From contig OZ374564.1 in NCBI GenBank assembly GCA_977862235.1, forward strand, positions 1,116,001 to 1,180,000: a stretch of DNA of 64,000 nucleotides. Reading direction: 5' to 3'. The DNA is from Dudresnaya verticillata (Eukaryota). The position numbers and the translations under genes are program-made. This document shows, one piece after another, positions 25,904 to 38,104 of this stretch (position 1 is its first letter; every line of letters starts with the position of its first letter). A model generated the notes under the pieces. The model was not told where the DNA came from. It did not search any database and saw nothing but the letters and a program-made list of their open reading frames with translations.

Positions 25904-27975
25904 CAGCAATCCCTTGATTCAAGGAATGGCACGATGGAACAGAGGGGATTTCTTATAGCAAGTTGTTTCGTATTTGAGGAATCACCTTTATTTTCTGAAA
26001 TATGAGGAATCACCTTTATTTTCTGAAATATGACTTGTTTGGCCCATGCCTCGAACTTCTGCAAGTTTTAGCTCCAGTCGCAATGCACGTAATTGCGATA
26101 ACAACTAGGGATTCATGACCGGCTGCCTCTCGCATATGCCAATGACCTTGCCAACTGCATCAATCTTACCGGTTATTGGCATTGGCTCCTCTATAGGGTC
26201 AGCGGCAGTATCCGGGCTTTCCGTCTCTACATCCTCCAGATTATTCACTATCGTCTGTTCGAGGCCCTCGTCTCCAACTTCCTCCAAAATTTTGGTATCA
26301 TCCTCATTTAGCGAACTATTGATAGAAATGCGTCTGACAGTTCCCACAAGACATGAAACGACTGATTCTAACGCTTCAGTATCTTCTTCAGTTCGTCTTC
26401 TAAAATCAGCATCAGCCCCATTCCCAGCTGTTATTACCAGGCCGGTATACTTCCAGCAATTGCTTATCACATGGTGTGGAACCTCATTTCATATAGATTT
26501 ACACACTTCATGGCTGTGAGCTGGTCAATTTTGTATATGTTTCCAGAACTGTCGTCAACGTAGTCTATTGCCCTGTTTTCTTGTACGGTACGGTATTTGC
26601 GCTTCAGGGAAGCAATGATACCAGAATCCATCGGCTGTAACTTGGAAGTAGAGCTAGCAGGCAAAAGAACTATCCCAACAGACTCCAGCAGAGGCATGCA
26701 ACCATCCGACCCATGCCCAGAGAAAGTTTCCAGAAACAAAACCACCCTGCTTCCTGGTCTCTGCTGAATGTATTTGTCGAATCGCTTGAGCCATTCGAAA
26801 AATATCTGCAACGTCATCCACGCTTTCTTGTTGGAACTGTAGTCAAATCCTAGCTCTTTCCTTTCCCGAACGCTTTTGAAAACATCGTGGTACCTTTTCG
26901 TTCCCAAGGAATAGGAGGGGAACTTTTTGTGCCATCTGCGTTAGCGCAAACCAGCAAAGTAAGCCTACGCTTATCTTTGTTTCTTCCAGGTACAGCCGCA
27001 GTTGAAATTTTGCGATCCGGAGCCATTGCGTAGCTTAATCCCGTTTTGTCTGCATTCCAGATATCGGCGTGGTGGTAGTCATTGCATATCGATTGGAGCA
27101 ATAGTACTTGGGTTCTTATTGCGTCGGTATCAGCATCAACGCTCTCCCCATGCAGTTTCCTAGCCTCCAGGTTCCAATGATGTCGAAATTTCCACAGCCA
27201 ACCATTGGTAAACTTGAGTGATATCTCCCGCTTTCTGGGAAGTAAAGCGTTGACTTCAGAGAGCAGCCGTGTCGTGTTGACTCTGATCATGTCTCCATAT
27301 ATGAAGTTCCTAAGCTGGTTCTGATCATTAATCCAATGGACCAGACCAGCCTTGATGGCAGGTTGCGCCTGTGTTCTGGACCTTTTTGCATTATTTGGTG
27401 AGATGGGAGCTGCTAGTGATGATCTAGAGGAGAGCCTAGAATTTACCGGACGTAAAGGTGTGAAGGGAAGACGGAGGCTTTCCTGTGCCCACTCTGGAAG
27501 GTGCTGAAATCGGATCAACTCCGCGTTCTGTCTTGGTCGCCTGATTTCCTTTTGGATTTCAATGCGGTGTTTGTTGGTCAAGCATTTCCGCATCGTAATA
27601 ATGGAGAATGATGGTTGCATGTAAATTGAGCTTCACATTGCCACCGTTGTATATTACAGAGGTTTCTACAGAGATGTACAAAGCACGCTTCTATTATCAA
27701 GAGCATGACCCTTTGCATGTAAAGTGGGTACATTACGGGTACAACAGGTCACCTACGAAGAGGACCGTTTCTTGCTCAGTAATATGCTGTTCATAAAGGT
27801 ATTGAAACTTAAGGCTGTTCAGAACCGTTCCCGTTTGAGATTTCTTATAACGCGGAAGGAAGGAATGTACAATGGAAGTACTAATGAAGGTCACGAGTAT
27901 GGTGGACGGCAAAACGTTCCTTGTGTGCGTCAAGGGATTCCTTCCATGAGCGGTCCTTGAATCAAGGGATTACTG
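25904..27975 (-). mobile_element. pogo/Tigger-like Tc1/mariner DNA transposon (2072 bp)
   Basis: TIRs CAGCAATCCCTTGATTCAAGGA / TCCTTGAATCAAGGGATTACTG, TA target duplication on both sides. Confidence 0.93.
26105..27620 (-). pseudogene. pogo-family transposase (CENP-B-type HTH plus DDE), frameshifted
   Basis: KFTNGWLWKF, LHGES, IWNADKTGL, KKAWMT, LFLETFSGH and LQPMDSGII spread over three frames. Confidence 0.9.
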
Positions 27976-29974
27976 TACAGGCACAACGCATTACATCACC
28001 ATGGATCCTGATGCTCGATCTCGATCCCGGATCTAGATCCGATCTAGGTCCGGGCCGTCCATACAGACCCGTATCCTTACAGAATCGTTAATCCCAATGT
28101 CCATCCGGATCGCGTCATGGCTGGCATACGGCGCCTCGGAGTCCACTTGTACCGCTGTACAGTAGCGCTGCGTGCGCGCGTGAGCCGCAGAACGCGATTT
28201 ACGTACGCGGGTTAGCCGTCCATACGTCTACGACGTGTTCGCGCCTACGTTGGGTGAGCGCACCACTGGCGATATCATTGGTTGACGCTGTCGTTAAAAC
28301 CCGCTCAGAGCGAACAAAAGCCAGGTCCCCCTTTGCACCACAGGAAACACAACAAGCAACCGGCCTACGATGGTTCTTCCCCCTTGTTGTTTTGGGCTTC
28401 TTTCCCATTCTTTCGCCCTACGACTTTCCCTTATCCGTCTAGGCTCCCCTTTCCTTCCTTACCGTCGGTTTCGTGCCGCTCCACGACGGGGACGCTGGAA
28501 TCCGGCCGCTGCTGCCCGCGTACGGTCCACTCCGTGCGCGCTTCGGCTTCGACGCCGTAGATCGGCGACCGTCGACGGCATGCGCGGCCGACACCACCGC
28601 TCTTGAACTACAGCTACCACCACCCATGGACGGATCTGGGTGCGACTCCGAAAACAGCTAGCATAGACGCTCGGTTCCATCAGACGTCTATGCCACCGTT
28701 ACACGGGTACAGCGGGAGCGTCCGTTAGCGCTTACAGCGTATCATGCCATCATGGCATAAATCTCCATTGTGCAACAGCACGCCATCTGCAATGCGCTGC
28801 AGGTCATGAGCTGTGCACTTCATCACAATGGGCGTATATACAGCCTAGCCTACTAGCTAAAATGAGGGCTTTTTACCGAACCCTCGGAGTTTCAAATAAA
28901 AGTATCTAGATGGGAGCTCCAGGAACGGTTACTGTATATTAAAGGTAAGAACGTAGGTAGCTTCCCGCCCCAATTACGTCTACATCCACCGGCACCGCTG
29001 TAGAGCCGTCGCCCTTGCCGGTTAACTGTCCGCTCTGTGAATTACGTTCAGTAGCTTGCTTCCATTGCTTACATCTAGTCCGCTGGGTGGATCTGGCCCT
29101 GCTGGTCCCAGTCACTTTTGCGGACATGCTCGGCATTCTTATTGGCCGGCAATACACAACTTACTGAACAGAATAATTACAGTTACCTAATTAAAAATAA
29201 ATCAACTACTTGGTTCCGATTGGTGGGCGCCGCAGGTTCCAGAAAGGCATACAGTGCTACTGTGCCGCTGCACTCCGCTTCGGCTTTGGGCGTGAGCGCA
29301 CCGCTGCGCCGGTCGCGAGTTGGCTTAACCGTCGTCGGGACTCCCCAACGGCCACTTCACCACATACTCTACCACTGCTACCAGGTACCTTCTTGTCGGT
29401 CGAGACGGGGGGTCGATCCGGCGAAGTGGTTCTGTAGGGCCACAGTTGCGGACCGATGCGGTCCTTGTATGATAACCGGCCCGCTCCTGCGCTATCTGCT
29501 GCGCGGATGGGTCAATCGCACGCGAGGGCCGCGTCGTGTTGCGCTGAAGCGTTCGATGGCGCGTTTGCGGCGGCGGAGGTGGAGAAAATTTGTTTACTTT
29601 ACTGTGTTGGTGGTCTTACTTTGTGCCGGGTTCGTTCCGCTAGTTAGCTCTACGTTGTCTTAAGTAGGTCTAGGTAGTAGTAAAAGTATAACGCCTAGCG
29701 TAGCTAAAGTGGCCTAAACGTAACGCTAAACGCAGGTGCTACCCAAAAAAGGGCTCTAGTAGTACTAAAAAGGAAGGTTTTGTCTAAGCGAACTAGCCTA
29801 ATGCGGTGACCCCTTGGGTGGTCTGGCCCCACTAAATCAGGGTTTGGGCCCCATCCTGCTACCCAGGGGCGGCCGCGCAGCACTACAGCGGTGCTGTGTA
29901 CCTATCGCTTTTTGGGTGGACTAGTCCATTTGATCCACCTCACAAGAGGTCCAGAACTGGACAGACCGACACTG

Positions 29975-32900
29975 TCAAACATTTTCGCTTGGCAAACCAT
30001 CATTCCTTCTTTCAACCCGCTGGTCGATGCGATGATCGAGTTTCCATGCCCGCAGGGTACTGGTAAGAATCGAACGCCTCGTCTTCTTCGTTAGTCCATC
30101 GGGTGGGTTGCACTCTGACCGAAGGAAGCCCACCTGCTCCACATCTTGCTTCTTGCAAGCATTCTTAACTACTTCTAAGTCTGTCATTAACCTCTTCTCG
30201 GCTTTTGAGGATGCCTTTGTTACATCAAATAGAGACACTATCCGTGAGCATCACGATAGGTACGTCCATCTTCGTCCCTTGTTGTAGTTCATGCTTAATG
30301 GCATAAGCCATGTCGAATGCGTCGGCAAAAGCCATAGTTTCAATGCCTAGCACTGACCTACTGACTAGTTTAGACTTATGTGAAGACCAATATATTGGTT
30401 GACACTTCTTGGGAGAGTCTGTCAAGAAGATGATATACCCCAATTGTGATGAAACATCGTGGTTGTTTCCGTGCTAAGTGTCAGAATATACTTGCCAATT
30501 AAGGGTTCCCTTTTCAAGCTTTGGATAATTCATTTTGAGGTCTTTGTTGTTTCGAAGGTTCCTCAGGATACTATTCAGAGCTCTAATGAATAAAACGGGG
30601 CCTTGTTTGAACCTTTCGACGGTCACTTGTGCGCTTTGAGCTTCTGAACAAGAAATTTCGGGCCTGGTATTGGTTACCCATGCTAGGTTAACTCTTTGCG
30701 ACTGTAATCCTTGAAACGTATCTCACTGTTGAGAAGTTTAAGTTTTTGAGATATACTTCTGTTGATGTACTTAAAACTCAGAACCCTTAGTTTCAATCTG
30801 CTTGCCTACGAATTGGGAATCGTCGTAGATTCTTTCTCGGCACTGGAACTTCTCTTCTGTTTTCCTAGACTTGTCTTGGAACTCATGGTTTCCGGCCTGT
30901 AAGGAATCATCGGCGTATGTGACGCATAGTCCTTCCAACTTCTTCTCAATCTGTTGGACGAAGAAAGCTACGTGGGAGGTGGTTCACTCCATTCCTAGGT
31001 CTTGACAAAGGTAATCGTACAGTGTTTTGCCCTAGTAGTATCCGCTATCAGCAAGATCGTACAGTGGTTTCAGTAGCTTCAGGAGTTGGTCCTCTCCGAG
31101 TTCAAATTCTCCGGACGGTTTGATGTACACGTTTTGCATCAGCTTTTCAGAACTTTGAAGGCATGCTAGTGTAACGTCAGTCGAGTACATTCTGAAACCG
31201 AATAAGCTGCTAAGCCCAATAGTGCTCTAGTCGACTGCTGTTTGGCTGTCGCTGTACCGTGTAATACTGATTTCTTGATTCTGTCTCTATATCCTTGCAC
31301 TACAAACCTTGCTTTCCACAGTTCTTACTTCGTGCCTTCCTCTTTGATGGCTAAGACAAATCTTCTTTCCAAGATATTGGCGTCTTCATCTACTTCGCTT
31401 TTCAGTACAATTTTCCGCGTCCCTATGCTCACAAGTATTTGTATCTCTTTCTGCTTGGCAGCGTCGAGGCGCTTTCCTCTCTACCTTTGGGCCTCCAGGC
31501 TTCTGTATTTCCCTTAGGTACGTTGAGAATGAAAGATGGATGGGTCTGTCTTTTGTACGAAAAGCCTCGGTTATTCTGTGGAAGAACTCCTCTAGATGAA
31601 TGGTTTTTTGATTGTTCCGGCTCTCTTCTCTGAAATAGGGTTTGATTTGGTGGCTACTGTACCGTTCTTTGTCTTTGGTATCTGCGTTTTATACTGTTAC
31701 CATTATGCCTTCGAAATCGAAGTCAGCAACGTTCATTTATTCATGCAATTCTAGACGTTACGGACTACTACGGCCGCTGCACCCGCACCAAATTGGTAAC
31801 GGTCGAATGCGGGTGCCCGCCGTCCGCAGCGCTCTAGATTTAGAACCAAGATACACTATACAACCCTCCCCCCACGCGCTGTAGTCACCCCCTACCCCGG
31901 CAGGGGTCAGTGGGGCTGATCACCTCCCTGGCTTCCCATCTGGGCGGCCGTACACTGAAGCAGTCGCTTTAGGATCATCGCGGCAGCGCGGGACGTCACG
32001 CGCTATACAAATGGCCTCAGCGATCGTTATTCCCACAGGGAGGGACGAGGGAAAGGCCTCGCAGCCTTGGGCAGCAGTGGGGTTTGTCTCCCATTTCACC
32101 AAAATGAGACCAGATGGGCGCGGTCCCCCATCCCAAAAAAAGGACTGTTGGGCCTAATCTCCCACCCGCGAAAACCGAAAAACCGTCCCCCGCGATGAAC
32201 CCCTGAAGTTGAAAAAGGGTGGTAGCCACTGCGGTGCGGCTTGGGCGGGGCAAAATCCTTACACGTGTAATAGCTGTACCTTTCCAGCAATGCAAAGAAA
32301 ATTGACGTTTCCAAATATGGCCGCAGACGTGGCAATGCCAACCAAAGAGAGAGGCATGGGTGCGTAAGCACAGGGCGGGTGGGTGGGAAAGAGAGAGGCA
32401 TGCCCAGATTTCTCCGGGGGCATAGCGTCGAGCACTCTTATGACAAAGTTGCGTCCAAGAAAAGCGCGCCTTCTTCCCGGAAATTGGACACATACGCATC
32501 GTGTAGTATCCTCTTACAGGATCTTCCTCGCTATTCATTGGGTACGTTTCATGCGTATAAACGAGTCTACTCATCACGTAACGCGGTACGGACCAAACTC
32601 TTTATTCCTTCCATCTGTTCTCTTGCGACAAGTATTTAGTCACCAGGAAGGTAAATGCGATCTGCGGTTTGAGGTGTTTTTTGCTTCAATGCTGCGAGCA
32701 CGCTTCTATCCGCGATGATGGTACTCATTTCCCTTCTGGCTTCGTTGAGGATGTTCATCCGTTCCTGTTCGTAAGGCATTTGAGAATTAATGATTGGAAA
32801 TCTAGGCATAGTACCAAATTCCAGTAGCGAGGGTACCAAGCTGTCCTCTCCAATCATATCTTTCATATCGTTCACCGCTAATTTGAAGATAGCATTCGAA

Positions 32901-34600
32901 GACTCGGGAGGATAATCAAGGCCCACCTTATTATTTATTGGCAGCGGGTCATGAAACCTTTCCCGATTACGAGAGAATTGTGTGCCTGAATCCCGGATAT
33001 TTGCAGTTCGACTCTAACGGAATCTGCCCTACTCTTCCATCTAGGCGAAGTAGATACTGATCCAGAGTCTGCCTTCATTCGATTTGGGAATCCGGCATAC
33101 ATAGTACACCATGTTTCCAAAAATGGTCTCCATACACCTTCAACAATCTGTCCGTAGTCCATCCTATGAGCATCTAGAAACGTCTCACTTGAAAATCTAG
33201 TGGCTGTGTCTACAATATATAGCACTGCCTTAGAGCTTAGGAACATGGGGCCTAGTGAGACTTCTGATTCGAAGATAAGCTCGTAAGAGTTTGGCATTCT
33301 GACTTTGAATCTCAAAGGGGTAGGTCCCAGTCTCTGGTAGGTGTCAAATGTCTTTGAAATATCCTGCAAGATCTTTTTGTTTTTTGACAGTTTCCTCATT
33401 CATATCTTCAGGGCGTCCTCGTTTTAGCAGATTCATCAGTCTATCATTAGCCGGATGCTGAAAGACTCGGTGCAGTTTTACGAGCTCGGTCTTTTTGAAT
33501 AGAATATGGTCACACTTGTTCCATTCAAGGTAGACATGCCCGAGGTATCTTATGACCGGCGTACTCCAGCTTCCGTTACGGCAACGAAGTTCATTAGCTA
33601 CTGTATCCACGTAGATCCCTAAAGAATCCATGATATCCAACCCGATAAGGAACCGCACATTTCACGTAGATCCCTAAAGAATCCATGAAATCCAACCCGA
33701 TAAGGAACGGCACATTCGCGGAGACGATATAGACATTTACCATTGCAAATGTAGAAGACGAAAGTAGTACCCTAATTGGGATTGAGCCTAAGGACGGTTG
33801 TTGGTCTTCTCCAAACCTGTAACTATTGCTGTTACTTCTAGGTTTGAACTTGACTGACATGTACCGGCAGTAGGCTTTGGCTTGTGTCATGCCAATGGCC
33901 GTTCTTTGCGCTCCAGTGTCTATGCAGCTCCCATGCTATTTTTCTTTACCGTGGTTAAGTTTAACCTTCTCTAAACTCAGTTGGAGTACCTTGAAGGAGC
34001 GCTTCTTCTTTTTCTTCTTCCATCGCTCTTTCCTTATCAACTAGGATTTTGTAGACCTAGCGCCAGCCTTTTTCATGCCGCACCATTTCTTTCGGAGGAC
34101 AGTTTCAAAAAATGGACCAGCTTGACGGTTATTAGCCGGCACCGGTCGCAAACTTCGACTGTGTATACAACTGCCTCCGTCCAAAAATCCTCCAAGTCCA
34201 ATAGCTCAGTCAGACCCTTGAAGTCGTTGGAATGTTCCACTTCAGTTTCTATAAGGTGCTCATGGAAGTTCTCTGCAACATGAACTGACTCAGAGCTCTT
34301 AGAGTCAGACGAATTGGAATCATTAGAATGCAGCTTTTCGTCTTTCTCGGTGAAGAGCTCCTCAAAGATCTCATCGTCGTTTTGGAAAAGAGTATCTTCG
34401 ACTTGTATACAGAGCTAAAATAAGACATGTGCGGCTCCTTTCGGGTCTTTTTTAACCATTTTTCCGACATTTCGAAGAAGATTTCTCCCATTACGACAGT
34501 CCCTTATGAAATGGTCTAGACGTCCCCAGTTGTGACAGTTTCATGGTCTATCGAACGTGTCAGTCCCATTCTTACCAGCATTCGCGTTGGAACGGTGCTT
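29975..34600 (-). mobile_element. Decayed Ty1/Copia element (gag zinc knuckle, PR, INT, RT, RH)
   Basis: CHNWGRLDHFIRDC near 34500; IDTGAQR near 33920; integrase IVDTATRFS/ADSGS; RT LKPLYDLADSG and YADD; RH WSSHKSK..SRS/ETMA and NPPDGLTK. Integrase precedes RT, the Copia order. LTRs not identified. Confidence 0.85.
31700..32590 (-). mobile_element. Foreign insertion in the Copia element, with a PPT and LTR-start-like junction
   Basis: GC-richer non-Copia sequence. Minus strand reads GGGGGGAGGGT-TGTATAG near 31856-31873. Boundaries uncertain. Confidence 0.4.
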
Positions 34601-35353
34601 TGGGTCGAAGTTGCGCGGAGCCGAGGATCTGGAACCAGGCTTACGTCGTCTTCCGTACATACCTTGCCCTTACTAATAAGGGCCGGGTACGTTATTGCTT
34701 GATGGTAAGACCATTTTGCTTTCGGAGTTATCCTTTTTACGTCACTCTTATTCTTCCTGTCCCTGAAGCCACACTACGAGGTCACGTTTATTTTCAGCAA
34801 CAATTTTCCATGTTCCTGATCAGCAAAAATCAATGCTTAAAATTGCCACAGAAATGGCCCGTCTATAGGTTCCAGAAACATTGCTTTGGACCAAACATAT
34901 TGCCTCCATATCACATTAACTTTTTTGATTCGTCACCCGTTGCTTTCCGGGATGACAACCAAGACATGTTCTTTTATCTAGTTATTAATTTAGGTTGGAT
35001 AAGTCCGCTTCGGGGCCCCGACACCGTTCATTTACCGAGACCTGAGACGCTCGTCAAGGTCCGAGTATACCTGGTTGCACTCGAGCGTGAAACAACAGAG
35101 CGGGGGTCATTTCTCATATGCCCGTATGGGCATGCGTGTCGGCTCGTCGCGACTCCCCGCGTGTTTGTTTGCGCCGCTATCCGATAGCTATCGACGGTTG
35201 TCTAAGCAGCTACTGTAGTGCAGTAAGCGTTATCGCGCGCGCGCCGGCATCGCGCGGGCTGTGAAATGAGTCCCCTGTTCTCATCCAGGGATACAAGGTC
35301 TCCTTGCCACACGGAGGTCAAGCACCTGTAGGTATCCTTTACTAATCACCTGT

Positions 35354-36928
35354 TCAACTATCATTCACTCTAGTCGATCGACTGAAGCGCAGCGCTACGC
35401 TCCCGAGTACATCTTCGTTCGCTGAATGTGCAAGCTCCCCACAGAGTTGCTTTCCGCGAGTCTCTAAAAGGGGTAGACTAAGGTCCAGGGTTCCAAGATT
35501 GGACGTTTCTCGAGCTAGACGGCCGGACCACATCTTTGTGCTTAACGTCGTCGTTCGAGGCCAAGTCAGAACATTTTGTTGTAAAGAGCGACTTTCCGCT
35601 TCGTGGGGATCTTGTATACATGCTTTCCTCTGTGTAAGTTTCAAGCGACTGTGATACCTACCATCCAAGACGTTGAACGTTCTTGTCCTCCGCGTTAGTA
35701 CTACTGTAGGACCCACATTATGATGACAGCACGATTCCGTGGATCCACTCCCGTGAGTTTTCGGACAGAAGACGGCGCTGTGTCCCATAAACAGATGGAC
35801 AGAAGTTTTATCATTCTTTTCATCAAAGATGTATCCGCCGAGAAATACGGAGAAGATCTTCATTCACTCCTGACCCACACTTTCGCATCATATACATTCT
35901 ATCGGTTACACCAGGTATAGCAAGGTACATGCATAGATCGTCGAACGACGCGAAAACTATATGAAAACGGAGACAGGCTTGCGCTGGAGACTATGTGTGG
36001 CTGAAGAAGATCCTGTCCGTTGTTCGTACATCGGCTCGTATACATTGCGCGATGCTTTCAAACTCACCAAGTCCGCAGTCGGCAGTTGTTCGCATAACGA
36101 AGGAGGATAGTTTGTCCTTCCGAGGAATCAAGGTGATACCATCCATTCCCTGGCGCTTGATCCTGTCTTGAGTTATATGCACAGTTGTTTTCAGCGCCGC
36201 CTGCAACCGTACAGCTACACACGTTCGCAGGCATGACATGACTCGAGGCATTGTCGGTCACGGCTGGGACGGTCTCCCTATTCCAGCCTAGAAATCCTAC
36301 GTTCGAAGAAACTTTTGTGGCCGAGTAGCTCTACTCTCACTTCGGCGTAGTTATCACGGAGCCGTTGTATTTCCTCCATGCAGTTGCAAATATCACCTTT
36401 AGTAGATGTTCTCATCCGTTTAGAGACTGGCTCCCTCCGCTCCTCTTCGTCGTCCGATTCTTTTTCAGTCTGACGATCGTCTCTAGCAGCAAAACGCCAA
36501 GATAGTTTCGGGTTTCCTTTGCTTCCATCTCTGAAAGTATCAAGGTCATTCGCAACTTCTTCACCTAGAAGAGCCTCGTCCTGACACAACAGTACATACC
36601 CTGGGTAGAACAAAACTTTATCGACCTGCACAGGGTAGTCATTTTCAGGAAGATAGTGGATGACTCCAGTGCCCAGTGCACCTCCCTGTCCGATGAGTGG
36701 CTCCACAAGCAGGACATCCGCTGTACAACACACATCAGGGCAGTCTGGATAGTGGTCCATTGTCCATAGGACCTGTATCAATGCAGCCCGTGGCGGCAAG
36801 TCCGCTCGCGCCCTCGTGATGCGCCCACCCCCCATGATCACACGATGCAGAAAAGACCTCGAGTTCACATCCAGACCCACGCTACAGATCCTCTTGATCC
36901 GTCCCGTTGGTAGCGAGAAATGTTGCAA
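35354..36928 (-). pseudogene. Broken ORF of unknown function, possibly a companion gene of the CMC-like transposon
   Basis: Successive minus-strand ORF pieces (216, 86 and 169 aa) with an acidic/coiled-coil segment. No recognised domain. Confidence 0.35.
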
Positions 36929-38104
36929 AACCTTGAAGAACGAAATATTTCCAATGACTGGTCAAGCTCTGCCTGCTTGTTTCCACACGAAAAAACAAGC
37001 TTGTATTCTTACGTATGCCGTGAGGAGGTACGTCAGGCCTGACGCGCGTCAAAGACAAATTCGAGAGTGCTCTAGTTCCGCAACTGCATCTGCCGTATCC
37101 GCGGGAAAGGAGAGTTCGTATGCTACATGCGTTCGATGCTCAGAGATACAGTGCTGTTTAAGTAGAGGGCGGTGTCGGAATGGAACGGAGACTCCAGATG
37201 GCGCAGAATATACCGTAGACCGATGGGCTACCTACACGTTTGTACACAAATCATCTCCGCTGCGATTGGTTACAAATAGAGGTATTGATGTAGTTGTAGC
37301 GCCCCGATTACCGTTCATTGAGCTCATTCTTATGGGCTGGCCCAGTCACTTGCTCCATCTCTCCTATACAGCAGGGATATGATTTGACGCGATGAATGTC
37401 TCGTGTAGGAGGTGTAAGTATTACTTCTCTTGATCAAAAACAGTCCTCAATAGCTCTTGCCTGGGCTCATACTATTATGGACGTCCATAGCTGAAGATAG
37501 CTTCGAGTGCAATTGCTGATCTCAAGACTGCTGACGCGCGTCGCTGCGCCATTTACCTGTTCGTCCCGAAATGGGCGGGAACTTCTAACCATGCGAATCA
37601 TGCTGTTCACAGCGTCTGTCTACTCAATTGCGGGCGACTCATCGCACTATCGAAATCAGAACAATTTGCCGGAAAATAATGCTGCCGTCGATACTCACCA
37701 CAACATGAGGACTGCCAGTCAGTACCGCGTGTTACGGAGTTGTGGGGCTACATTTTATTCTTTGCACTGTTGTTTAAGTGAGCAAAAAACAGCATCCTCC
37801 GCAATACGAGACGATCTTTTTCGCGCGAAAGAATAGCTCATGTTACCACCAAAACGATAACAGGATAGTCTGCGGTGACGTGTGAATCCCACGTTGGCTT
37901 TGTGTAGAATACATGTCATCATCAACCGCAAAAAGCACAGTGATCGGGGAATCTTGAAGCCCGTCTGGCGGCATCTATCTCCCAATATAAATTCACACTT
38001 TTGTTAACCAACCCCTCATGACTCGTACAGCCGCACCCCCGGAACACTTCTCTCTTCTCTTCTGGGCACGGCGTGCAGCTTCCCAACAACGAGAAGATTA
38101 TATA

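Larger units (their letters stand above)
13075..28342 (-). mobile_element. Ty3/Gypsy chromodomain element E3 with two related LTRs, decayed
   Basis: LTRs at 13075-13997 and 25328-28342; PPT (plus-strand CCCCCTCC, 14001-14008); gag about 22700-25200; then PR, RT (FCVDYRRLN, YLDD), RH, INT (HPG...CVTC, LSDNGQQF) and chromodomain. Confidence 0.9.
25328..28342 (-). repeat. 5' LTR of E3, split by a pogo insertion
   Basis: TGTAGTGC at 25328 and GCACCACA ending at 28342. LTR homology resumes after 27977. Confidence 0.75.

Noticed and set aside
28343..29970. Possible Copia 3' LTR or host gene (ORF 29118-29663)
   Set aside because: No matching second LTR found and no recognisable protein features.
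31779..31840. Hairpin plus CTAG as a Helitron 3' end
   Set aside because: Loop and spacing are atypical, the base after CTAG is not T, and no 5' TC end was identified.
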